Origin: Planctomycetota bacterium
GTDB lineage: Bacteria; Planctomycetota; GCA-002687715; DRQF01
DNA length: 64,000 bases
NCBI GenBank assembly: GCA_027001995.1
Contig: JALTLO010000064.1
Location: forward strand, 1-64,000
Direction of reading: 5' to 3'
In this document: positions 1 to 8,257 of the stretch, one piece after another
Layout of the letters: each line of letters starts with the position of its first letter
How positions within the stretch are numbered: the stretch's first letter is position 1
Program-made: the position numbers and the translations under genes
Notes under the pieces: generated by a model
The model's database searches: none
What the model was told of the DNA's origin: nothing
What the model saw: the letters and a program-made list of their open reading frames with translations, nothing else

Positions 1-637
1 AGATAATACCTGTAGCCAATCGGAGTCGTTTTTCGGCGATGACGAGCTTGTCGTAGGCAGCGCTCACCCCCTTCGCCCCTAGTGCTAAGAGGCAAGTGAA
101 CAACAGAACTGGGACGCCGGTCGCAACACCGTAAGAAGCGGGCAGCAAGATTCCCGATTGTAGCTTCAAGGACAGAGGCAACAAACTGCCAAAAAAGAGC
201 GCTGCTGAAACCGGACAAAACGACAGAGCGAAAACGACGCCCAGAAGTAGTGACCCGCTCAAGGCGGAATTATGGACGCGACTTTGAAATTTGCCTCCGA
301 AGCTTGTGCCTCGCGTCTTGATCTCAACCAGTTCAACCAAAATCATGCCAACCAGGATCAAGATTGGTCCGATCGCTATGTTCATGTATTTCTGAAGCAC
401 ATGAGAAAGCCCAGGTGCTGAAAGGAGGCTTGAGACCAGAAGGGCGCCAAGTACGACGTAAGTCAGCATTCGTCCAAGAGCGTAAAGAATGCCAGCACTC
501 AAAACACTCTTAGGGCTTCCCACGCGCTGTCCAACATAAGAAACAGCAGCAATGTTGGTAGCCAAAGGACATGGACTGATCGCGGTCAATAAACCGAGCC
601 AGAATGCGGATGCGATCCCCAAGAGTAATTCATTCAT
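1..637 (-). CDS. arsG: ArsG-family (DsbD/CcdA-like) membrane protein, 3' end outside the window
   Basis: Not in the ORF track. Translated by hand from the ATG at 637, which overlaps the upstream stop as ATGA: MNELLLGIASAFWLGLLTAISPCPLATNIAAVSY...ALSFCPVSAALFFG. The SPCP and FCP motifs and hydrophobic helices fit the family, as does the ars operon context. Confidence 0.8.
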   Translation of the reverse strand, partial: MNELLLGIASAFWLGLLTAISPCPLATNIAAVSYVGQRVGSPKSVLSAGILYALGRMLTYVVLGALLVSSLLSAPGLSHVLQKYMNIAIGPILILVGMILVELVEIKTRGTSFGGKFQSRVHNSALSGSLLLGVVFALSFCPVSAALFFGSLLPLSLKLQSGILLPASYGVATGVPVLLFTCLLALGAKGVSAAYDKLVIAEKRLRLATGII

Positions 638-1122
638 GGTCCGACCGATCCGAAAATCTGTTTGGTTTCTTTTGCAATATAGGATTCGAAAACGTCTTTG
701 CCTTCGGCGACCAATTCCCAGATCTGATCCAGGTTCTTCCAGTTTCGTAAACCGCCATGGTCCATGTGTGCCACAACCACCGAGCTTGAGGTGAGATCAA
801 ACTCATCAACAAAATGTTCGTTGCTCGGTTCTTCCGTATTGATAACACGCCATTCCAGGCGCCCGTTCTTGAGGGCGTCACTGAAGTGAGTTTTCAAAGA
901 CTCATTGGCGAGTGTTTCGATCTTACGACAAGTGTCGCAGCGAACGTTGCCGTGGAAGTAGTAAACCACAAGGTGATTAGCCTTCAGCGGAACAGAATTC
1001 TCCGAGCTTTCTTTGGTGCCCTGATCGGTTGTGAGGACCCCAAACTCTTTGAGAACCACGAATCCTAGACTCGCTACGATGAAGAGGAACAAGACCGTCC
1101 TGATGACTTTCTTAGCGTTCAT
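634..1122 (-). CDS. arsF: ArsF-family thioredoxin-fold protein with N-terminal membrane anchor
   Basis: N-terminal TM helix; VYYFHGNVRCDTC (CxxC) motif; lies between a small thioredoxin and the ArsG-like gene. Confidence 0.75.
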   Translation of the reverse strand: MNAKKVIRTVLFLFIVASLGFVVLKEFGVLTTDQGTKESSENSVPLKANHLVVYYFHGNVRCDTCRKIETLANESLKTHFSDALKNGRLEWRVINTEEPSNEHFVDEFDLTSSSVVVAHMDHGGLRNWKNLDQIWELVAEGKDVFESYIAKETKQIFGSVGP

Positions 1123-1140
1123 CTTTTTCTCCTTTCCCAG

Positions 1141-1386
1141 TTAAGAAACCACAGCTTTCAGCAAGTCTTTTGCTTCTGACACTGTAGGGACCTTGCCCGC
1201 GACTTTGACTTCGCCGTCGACTGCCAACGCCGGTGTCATCATCACGCCGAACGAGGTGATCTTCATGATGTCGGTTACTTTTTCTATTTCGAACTCGAGC
1301 CCCAATTCTTCCGCAGCGGCCTCAGCGTTCATTGCCATGGCCTTGCACTTGCTACATCCTGTTCCAAGGATCTGGATCGTTAACAT
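1141..1386 (-). CDS. Small redox-active disulfide protein (MTH895/ArsE-like thioredoxin)
   Basis: IQILGTGCSKC and GVMMTPALAVDG motifs; 81 aa; AAGGAG RBS upstream. Confidence 0.9.
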   Translation of the reverse strand: MLTIQILGTGCSKCKAMAMNAEAAAEELGLEFEIEKVTDIMKITSFGVMMTPALAVDGEVKVAGKVPTVSEAKDLLKAVVS

Positions 1387-1410
1387 TTCTATATCTCCTT
1401 TAGGTTTAGC

Positions 1411-2721
1411 TCAGAACATTGAGCCGTAAATAAGGCCACTGATGGTGGCCATGACGACCACAAGACTCACAAAAACCACGGTTTTCTTGGTGCCCATGAT
1501 GCTGCGAATCACCAGCATGTTCGGCAAAGAGAGAGCCGGTCCGGCCAAGAGCAGAGCTAAGGCTGGTCCTTTGCCCATACCGTTACCAATCAGTCCTTGC
1601 AGGATTGGTACTTCGGTGAGTGTTGCGAAATACATAAATGCACCGGCTAAGGAAGCGAAGAAGTTCGCCCAGAGCGAATTGCCGCCCACCGCGCGGCTCA
1701 CCCACTCTGAAGGAATCAGACCTTCGTTCCCAGGCCGCCCCAACAGCAATCCAGCAATGAAAACCCCAGCCAGCAAGAGGGGCATGATTTGTTTGGTGAA
1801 ACTCCAGGCTTGTTCAAACCACTCACCGGCCTCCCCGGTGGTCGTGCTTGTTGTCCACGAAAGCCCAAGAACAGCGACACCAAAGGCCACCATAGGTTCG
1901 TGAGGAAAAAGGAAGGCAAAAACCGCGGTCACGGCGGATGCGCCCAGAACTTTTTGCCATGGCATGGATATCCACTTAACTAGGATGATCGCCAGGGCCG
2001 CCGCAAAGATCCCGGTGATGAGCCACTTCGTGGCATAGAGTGTGTGCCAGAGCCCTGAGGTCTCATCGGTCTTGCCCCAATTGGCGAAGACCAAAACACC
2101 AACCAGAACCAGGAAGAAGATGGCGTTTTGCCAAAGTGGCCGCGTGACTTCTTCTTCTGGAAGTTCGGCCTGATTTGCGGCCTTTTCAAGCTCTTCCCGG
2201 CGAAAGATGAAGTGCATGGCGAGCCCAATCACCAAAGAAAAGATGACCGCACCGATCGCACGAGCGATGCCCAACTCCGTCCCCAGAATCCTGGCAGTCA
2301 GGATGATTGCCAATATGTTGATTGCCGGCCCAGAATAAAGAAAGGCACAGGCTGGGCCTAACCCCGCCCCCATCCGGTAGATTCCCGCAAAGAGGGGCAG
2401 CACGGTACACGAGCATACGGCCAGAATTGTTCCAGAGAATGAAGCAACGCCATACGCTAAGATCTTGTTGGTCTTCGCCCCCAAGTATTTCATCACCGCA
2501 GCTTGGCTGACAAACACAGCAATAGCGCCAGCGATAAAGAAGGCCGGGATCAAGCAAAGAAGAACATGCTCTTGGGCGTACCATCGCACCAAGTAGAGAG
2601 ACTCCCAGAATGCGTTGGAGAGTCGTTCCCAGTTCTGCATCGACTCGACTGGCAGGAAGAAACAGCCCAGAAAAGCTCCTACGAGGATAAGAAGCTTCTT
2701 CCATTCACCTTTCCAGCTCAT
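1411..2721 (-). CDS. arsP: ArsP/DUF318-family permease
   Basis: LAVCSCTVLP, FLYSGPAIN, YFATLTEVP and LLAGPALSLP motifs; multi-TM. Start reassigned to the ATG at 2721 (MSWKGEW), which follows a GGAGG RBS. Confidence 0.88.
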   Translation of the reverse strand: MSWKGEWKKLLILVGAFLGCFFLPVESMQNWERLSNAFWESLYLVRWYAQEHVLLCLIPAFFIAGAIAVFVSQAAVMKYLGAKTNKILAYGVASFSGTILAVCSCTVLPLFAGIYRMGAGLGPACAFLYSGPAINILAIILTARILGTELGIARAIGAVIFSLVIGLAMHFIFRREELEKAANQAELPEEEVTRPLWQNAIFFLVLVGVLVFANWGKTDETSGLWHTLYATKWLITGIFAAALAIILVKWISMPWQKVLGASAVTAVFAFLFPHEPMVAFGVAVLGLSWTTSTTTGEAGEWFEQAWSFTKQIMPLLLAGVFIAGLLLGRPGNEGLIPSEWVSRAVGGNSLWANFFASLAGAFMYFATLTEVPILQGLIGNGMGKGPALALLLAGPALSLPNMLVIRSIMGTKKTVVFVSLVVVMATISGLIYGSMF

Positions 2722-2760
2722 GTTCCACCTCCCATGGGGAATGCGCCCCAAACCGCGACT

Positions 2761-3081
2761 CTAGCTCAAGGTTGCATGGTCCTTAGCGTTCTGTTTCATG
2801 ACTGATTCAACGCAGGAGAAGAAGTTAAGAATGCAAGGCACTTTGAGGGCATAGAAGACCTGTGTCCCACGCTTATCCGACTTCACGATTCCGGCGTTCT
2901 TAAGCACTGCGAGATGTTTGGAAACGGTGGATACATCATCACCGACTAACTCAGTCAATTCGCAAACGCAGCGCTCCCCTTTGGCTAACTCGTCCATCAT
3001 GAACATCCGACTGGGGTGTGCCATTGCCTTGACGATTTTGGCCCTAATCTCATACCTGGACTTGATTTGTGCATCGAGCAT
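2761..3081 (-). CDS. arsR: ArsR/SmtB-family metalloregulator
   Basis: KAMAHPSR...ERCVCEL...STVSKHLAVLKNAG winged HTH. Start at ATG 3081 with an AAGGAG RBS. Confidence 0.92.
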   Translation of the reverse strand: MLDAQIKSRYEIRAKIVKAMAHPSRMFMMDELAKGERCVCELTELVGDDVSTVSKHLAVLKNAGIVKSDKRGTQVFYALKVPCILNFFSCVESVMKQNAKDHATLS

Positions 3082-3100
3082 CGTTTCAATATCTCCTTTG

Positions 3101-3124
3101 TTGGCTATTTTGCCAAATAACCAA
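3101..3124. promoter_or_regulatory. Probable ArsR operator (imperfect inverted repeat)
   Basis: TTGGCTATTT-tgcc-AAATAACCAA has 9 of 10 arm positions complementary and sits about 20 nt upstream of the arsR start. Confidence 0.65.
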
Positions 3125-3260
3125 ATGATGAACAAGGGGGAGACTCAAGTGGGCTCTTCTGAGCCTCCGGCATCTAGGACAAAACCAACATGCTCATCTA
3201 TGAGGTGAAATAGTTGGGCGATTCCGTTTGGACGAGAGGCCAAGGTCTTTGTAGAAGGCC

Positions 3261-3674
3261 TCAGCCTTTCTGCAGTTGCCAGCGGTAGGTTTCGAGAGTC
3301 TCTTGGGCTTGGGTGAACCCTAATTTTTCGAGGCCGCCCTTGGATGCCATGGCGTCGTCGGCTTGTTTGAGGGTGCCGGCTTCGATAGGTGTGACACGGC
3401 TGTCTGAGAGGGCTTGGGTGATGAGTTCTTGGGCGAATTCTGCGGCTAACTCTTTGCCTCTTTGGTCTGGGGTGATGCCATAGCCGAACTTAACTTGGCC
3501 TTCGTCGCCGGGTTTGCCACCGTAAACCCCTTCGCCAATGACGGTGCTTGATTCTCTGTCCTCGACGATCCAGATGCCCCGGCCTAAGAGTTCTTTGGCT
3601 GTGGCCAAGGCATCAAAGATTTCTTCATCAAGTGGCGTGGATAGAATCCCCCGTCCGCCCCTTTGCAAATGCAC
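3261..3674 (-). CDS. GNAT (RimJ/RimL-like) acetyltransferase, possibly N-terminally truncated
   Basis: VKFGYGITPDQRGKELA and ASKGGLEKLGF resemble GNAT motifs A/B. The GTG start is weak and an in-frame stop lies just upstream. Confidence 0.55.
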   Translation of the reverse strand: MHLQRGGRGILSTPLDEEIFDALATAKELLGRGIWIVEDRESSTVIGEGVYGGKPGDEGQVKFGYGITPDQRGKELAAEFAQELITQALSDSRVTPIEAGTLKQADDAMASKGGLEKLGFTQAQETLETYRWQLQKG

Positions 3675-3780
3675 TTTTCCTCAATTGTGGTCGACATCTC
3701 CTATCGCGACAGTGCAAGATTGCGCCACTCTTCCGACCAAACTTCATCGCATCATCCAAAAATATCCCAAAATAAATTCA

Positions 3781-3812
3781 GACTGCTCTTGACTGCTCTT
3801 GACTGCTCTTGA
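3781..3812. repeat. 10-bp tandem repeat (GACTGCTCTT) x3
   Basis: gactgctctt gactgctctt gactgctctt ga is read directly in the intergenic region. Confidence 0.9.
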
Positions 3813-3877
3813 TGCAACCTCCATAGTGCACGACAGGTAAGGAGATGGGCAAGATTAGCCATTTTTTGGAGTAGTCT

Positions 3878-4466
3878 ATGAGACATTTGCTGATATCTTT
3901 TTTCATCTTAGGGAGTTTAACGGTATTGCTATCCCCGCTTGAACTCTCCTATGCGTTCAACCCTGATCCAGAGACCACAACGGTGCCGAATGGTACAGAC
4001 TATCCTGAACAAGCTGAAAACGGTAACGCTGGTAGTACCAGTGGAACAACCGGAAACGGAGGTGGGAATCAAGGGCGGTTTGTCTTTACCGTCGTTGGTC
4101 CTGGATGTTTCACCTTCACCGGTGGTCGTGGTGGCAATGGTCAGAAGGGAGGCAATGGGTTTCCGAATGAACCGACAGGGGGGGCTGGCGGAGATGGCGG
4201 AAAAGGGGGTGACGGAGCAGAAATCATTGTCACGGTGAACTGCAGCACTTGCACCCTCAGCAACACCAACATAATACTGAATAAATCGGATGGAGGTGCC
4301 GGAGGAAACGGCGGCAATGGTGCCGCGGTAGGAGGAGCGAAAGGAAAAGGAAGGCCGGGGGGGGGCAGCTGGTACAGGATCGGTTAATGTCTCGAATGGC
4401 GGAGCGACGATAACTACGACTTCTGGCACAGTGGGAAAGCATGGGAAAGATGGAAACGCTGGTTAG
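3878..4466 (+). CDS. Secreted Gly-rich (GGxGGxG) protein, frameshifted at a G9 tract
   Basis: Signal peptide and GGNG/GGAG/GGKG repeats. The ORF stops at 4387, but removing one G from 4357-4365 continues GAAGTGSVNVSNGGATITTTSGTVGKHGKDGNAG to the TAG at 4466. Confidence 0.65.
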
Positions 4467-4482
4467 TTGAAAGATAGAGAGC

Positions 4483-6048
4483 ATGCCCTACGATACCCAA
4501 AGACATGCTCTTACACGGAGATGTCACGGAATGAAATGTTCTCGTTATTGCAAGTCACTCTTGCTGCTCATCGCATTGTTTTTCTTCGCTATTTGTTCAC
4601 TCGCCATTCTTGACTTTCTGGGTGATAGCAAATTGCCTCTCCTGCCCAAGGAGATGAAGCCTGAAGCCGTGGCAGAAGACGATTCACCAAAAGGGACGAG
4701 CAGGCCAACCAATAGCGCAGTTCAGTCACCGAAACACGAAGAAATTATTTCGACAGAACCATCCTATCTAAAACTTGTCGACTACATTTCAAAGGAGCCA
4801 ATCTGCTGTGTCTTTTTGTTTGCGAAGAAAGAGGACACGGTACGAGAAATTGGAAAGTCAGACTCTCTGGGATTAGTTCGACAAGAAAGTGAATTCCAGG
4901 AGTCTCAAGAGTACTTTCTGAAGAGAAGCCGCGATTCAACAACACCACCAGTGAAATGCAGTTTGGTGAGCCAAAGTCCTTTATCGGCGACAAAAGAGCT
5001 GACATTTCCCTTCTATTCGGAAATACTCGTCGATTTTGAACAAACGACCGCTCAAGAGATTGAACAAAATTCTCTCCCTGTTGATGTGTGGTTAGTTTCC
5101 TGGCCTCACCCAGAGTCATTGGCCACTATGGAAAGTGGCATCGATTTGACGAAAGCCGCCCGCATAGGACCTTTGTTCAAGAGTAAGTATTGGCCGAACC
5201 CAGGGATTGGGCATGAACCCAACCCTTCTTATCACAGCAACGCCGCAAGAAATGACGTTGGAAGACCTGATTTACTTCTGGTCTCCAAATGTCGGGTAAC
5301 GGAGCAAGGGCAGTTTCGTGGTCTCATCCCCTATACAGGCGATATTTTCGTCGATTGCTATGTTCAAACGTATAATAGATTTCGCTTTCCGTTATGGATC
5401 TCACAAGGTGTTTCCGTAAATGTTACCGCCTATCCCTCGCGGCCGATTAGGATTAGAGGAAGAGTGGTTGACGAACTTGGAAACGCTGTCGCGGGAGCTG
5501 TTGTTGGATTAGGCAGTATCCGCAGAACGAAGGAATCGAACATCGGCGAGAGCGGTGTGTCGGTTTCTCTTACTCCGACAGGTTCGCGAACAAAGCAGCA
5601 GCTATCCATGGCGCAAGTCAAAACCAAAACGGACGGTCGGTTCGAAGCAACTCTTGCCAGCGACGGAGAAATTCACGTTTTTGTCGTTGCGAATGGACAT
5701 GAAACAATTCAAAAGCAATTGCCAAAAGAGAGCACAGAAGCTCGTGATTGGCGTAAAGATCCTCTGATCTTAAGTGTAGTGAAGAAGAAACCGCACGCAT
5801 TATCCTTGATTCTCAAGTCCACCGTCCCCCTTACCCAAACAGATTTGTGGATTGGCGAAGCAGCCCCAGCATCGATGCATCAAATTCAATACCCCGGCTT
5901 TAGAACTGATGAAAGGGGTTTTGTTGCTCTCGACGCATTGATCCCGGGGCGACGATATCTGGTGGTAAAACCGCCATTAAAGACCCTCGGTGGTGATGGG
6001 AGTTTCGAATATCAACCAGGTATGAAGATCTCATTGTTCGATCGATAA
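4483..6048 (+). CDS. Membrane-anchored protein with carboxypeptidase-regulatory-like (Ig/transthyretin-like) domain
   Basis: N-terminal TM helix; IRGRVVDELGNAVAGAVV...KTDGRFE motif. An alternative start lies at 4531. Confidence 0.65.
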   Translation: MPYDTQRHALTRRCHGMKCSRYCKSLLLLIALFFFAICSLAILDFLGDSKLPLLPKEMKPEAVAEDDSPKGTSRPTNSAVQSPKHEEIISTEPSYLKLVDYISKEPICCVFLFAKKEDTVREIGKSDSLGLVRQESEFQESQEYFLKRSRDSTTPPVKCSLVSQSPLSATKELTFPFYSEILVDFEQTTAQEIEQNSLPVDVWLVSWPHPESLATMESGIDLTKAARIGPLFKSKYWPNPGIGHEPNPSYHSNAARNDVGRPDLLLVSKCRVTEQGQFRGLIPYTGDIFVDCYVQTYNRFRFPLWISQGVSVNVTAYPSRPIRIRGRVVDELGNAVAGAVVGLGSIRRTKESNIGESGVSVSLTPTGSRTKQQLSMAQVKTKTDGRFEATLASDGEIHVFVVANGHETIQKQLPKESTEARDWRKDPLILSVVKKKPHALSLILKSTVPLTQTDLWIGEAAPASMHQIQYPGFRTDERGFVALDALIPGRRYLVVKPPLKTLGGDGSFEYQPGMKISLFDR

Positions 6049-6076
6049 TTTGTTATAATGGTCCTTTCCGAAAATC

Positions 6077-7705
6077 GGATCTTCAGCAGAATCTGTGGGT
6101 CTTTTCAGGCTCCGGTAAGTCTCCCATCGCGTGATAGAGCGCAATTTCAGTGGCTTTGAAGGTTCTGAAGCCGTACGCCTTTCTGGTGGTGAGTTTCAAT
6201 TCGTTGTTTAGCCCCTCAACGACACCGGCAGAAATCGTGCCCTTGGCCCGAAACCAATTGAGGATCAGTGGCTGATGCCGCCTCACCATCTTGGCGATCT
6301 TCTTCATTGGTTCGATGCGAGATCGCATGACAGTTTTGGACCATTGCTCAAGAAACTTCCCGGCCCATGCAGGACTGCTCTAGTCCCAAAGTCTCTGAAA
6401 CTCTTCCTTGAGAGAGGTACGACTTAACGCTCTCCAGGTTGTACTGGATCAGTTCGTTCATCGAGACCGCTTGTTTCTCTGTAAGGTTTTCGGGCCGTTT
6501 GACGAGTAACCATCTCTTGCTCTTGAGGACAGGCTCAAGCCCCTTGGCCTTGAAGTCTTTGACCTCAGCAGCACGGACTTTGTCAATCGCTTTGTTGATG
6601 TTGGCCACGATGTGAAAGCGATCAAGGACATGAATGGCTTGCTCTGCGCGCTCGGCGATGACCTTGAGGTAGGGCTTCCACATGTCGCTGCAAACATAGA
6701 CCAGGTCCTTGGCTCGGTCACCAAAGAAGTCGAAGAATGACTGGATCGTTTCTTCCTTGCGGTCTTTTCCCAGCCAGAGGATTCTTTGACGGCCAATCAA
6801 AATGTCGTAGACCACCGTCATGTATTTATGACCGCGATGCCAAAGGACTTCATCGACGCCGATGGCTTTGATGTTGTTGAGGTCTCGGTGCTCCAAACCC
6901 CAGGCCACCGCGATCTTGACAGCCCGAAACACGCTATCCCAGGACGTCCTGAAGGCTTCAGCCGTTTCTTTCCAGCTAAGCCGCTTCGCCCAGCCAGCCA
7001 GCCAGAAACCAGGCGAAAGATGTCGCCACTGGGCTCTTGCCCTCTGCCCTCTGCCCACGGCACTCGTTCCGTGGTGACACCGCAATCGAAGCAATTGACA
7101 CGGCGCATGGTGTAGAGAAAGAAGACGGCGAGGTCCCAAAGGGGCACGAATTGAAATCGACGAGGCTTCGAAGCCGTGTCATAGATGCCACCACGATGCC
7201 CGCACCCAGAGCAAACGGGACGGCTGTTGACTCGTGGGGAGATCGGAATCACGATCGACTCGGTGTCGTCTTCGAGTTTAGGCTGGCCGTAAACAAATGA
7301 CCCGTGTCTTTCGACACGGCTAAGGATAGTCTTGAGTAGCATCCTGGCTCCGTCGGTAATTGATATGTTTGTGGTTATTCACATCATTACAAACGGTGGG
7401 CAGGATGCACCTTTCATTTCTTGGCCTGCCTACGTTCTCCAGAAACAACGCAGCTCGGCTTCTAAGACAGATTCGCAATGCCCGGGAACCATGGACGGAC
7501 TTGGCAACGCAGCGAAAGCATTGAAGACCAAAGCATCGCTTGGGAGTGGACAAGAAAGAGAAGCCGACAATTGAGGGTCAGAGAGTCGCCAGGACTTAGG
7601 CGGCACAAGGCCAAACCACAAGTGCTCGGAGGAATGGGCGAGGCACTGATGATTCAAAGGATGGTCGAATCAGGAATCTGGACCCACAGATTCTTCCGAG
7701 GATCC
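6077..7705 (-). mobile_element. ISL3-family insertion sequence (decayed)
   Basis: Terminal inverted repeats GGATCTTCAGCAGAATCTGTGGGTC (6077-6101) and GACCCACAGATTCTTCCGAGGATCC (7681-7705) match at 22 of 25 positions and enclose ISL3 transposase fragments. No target-site duplication is visible. Confidence 0.88.
6083..7342 (-). pseudogene. ISL3 transposase pseudogene
   Basis: Zn-finger CSGC...CFDC plus IGVDE, CSDMWKPY, DRFH and VEGLN...AYGFR motifs are split across frames. Lesions: a 7-bp and a 4-bp tandem duplication (~7040-7055 and ~6990-7003), a +1 frameshift near 6412, and an in-frame TAG near 6381. Confidence 0.9.
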
Positions 7706-8060
7706 TCTTTTATAAGACCAAGAATGGCGCCAGAGTCGGCGACCTCTTCATGAGCTTGATTCATATCGTTCGAGCTTTACGAAGAAGATCCGTTTGAATA
7801 CCTCAACGCCCTTCAAAAGAACCATCCCATCAAGTGATGGCGAAACAACCAGAGGCATGGATGCCTTGGAACTTTCGAGAGGCCTTGGCGGTCGTGGAGG
7901 GCGACGAGGAATCCTTCGAGAGCGAAGTCAACAGCCTCCGATCCTAGATGCCTTACCTGCCAATATGAGATCAGTGCCCAAGCCCCCGGCATGAATGCCA
8001 GGGAGAGGGGCCTACTTACAGACCAAAAGCTCAGTTTGTGCATGCTTACCGGAAGGACGC
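7706..8060 (+). mobile_element. IS66-family transposase C-terminal remnant and probable element end
   Basis: Hand translation gives FYKTKNGARVGDLFMSLIH, then ELYEEDPFEYLNALQKNH, then QPEAWMPWNFREAL in shifted frames, which is typical of an IS66 TnpC C-terminus. The candidate end is TTACCGGAAGGACGC at 8046-8060. Confidence 0.7.
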
Positions 8061-8257
8061 AGATTTCTTACCGTCGACCTCTGAGTTTACGGGCCTTCAC
8101 CTGGCTTTACCGATGCACACCACTCTGTCCATAGGAAGCAAGATTCCTTTTGTAAACTTTGAGTTTCGAGAATCAAAGGCCACTCGATCTGAAACCCAAG
8201 ATGAAATCGTTCTCCTGCGAGTGTGCAGCGGTCAACCAAACTCGCATCCCTGAAGAT

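Noticed and set aside
6348..7139. Programmed frameshifting of the ISL3 transposase
   Set aside because: Three frameshifts plus an in-frame stop indicate decay rather than recoding.
7320..7753. Small ORFs in the 5' part of the ISL3 element as passenger genes
   Set aside because: Short, mutually overlapping and without recognisable features.
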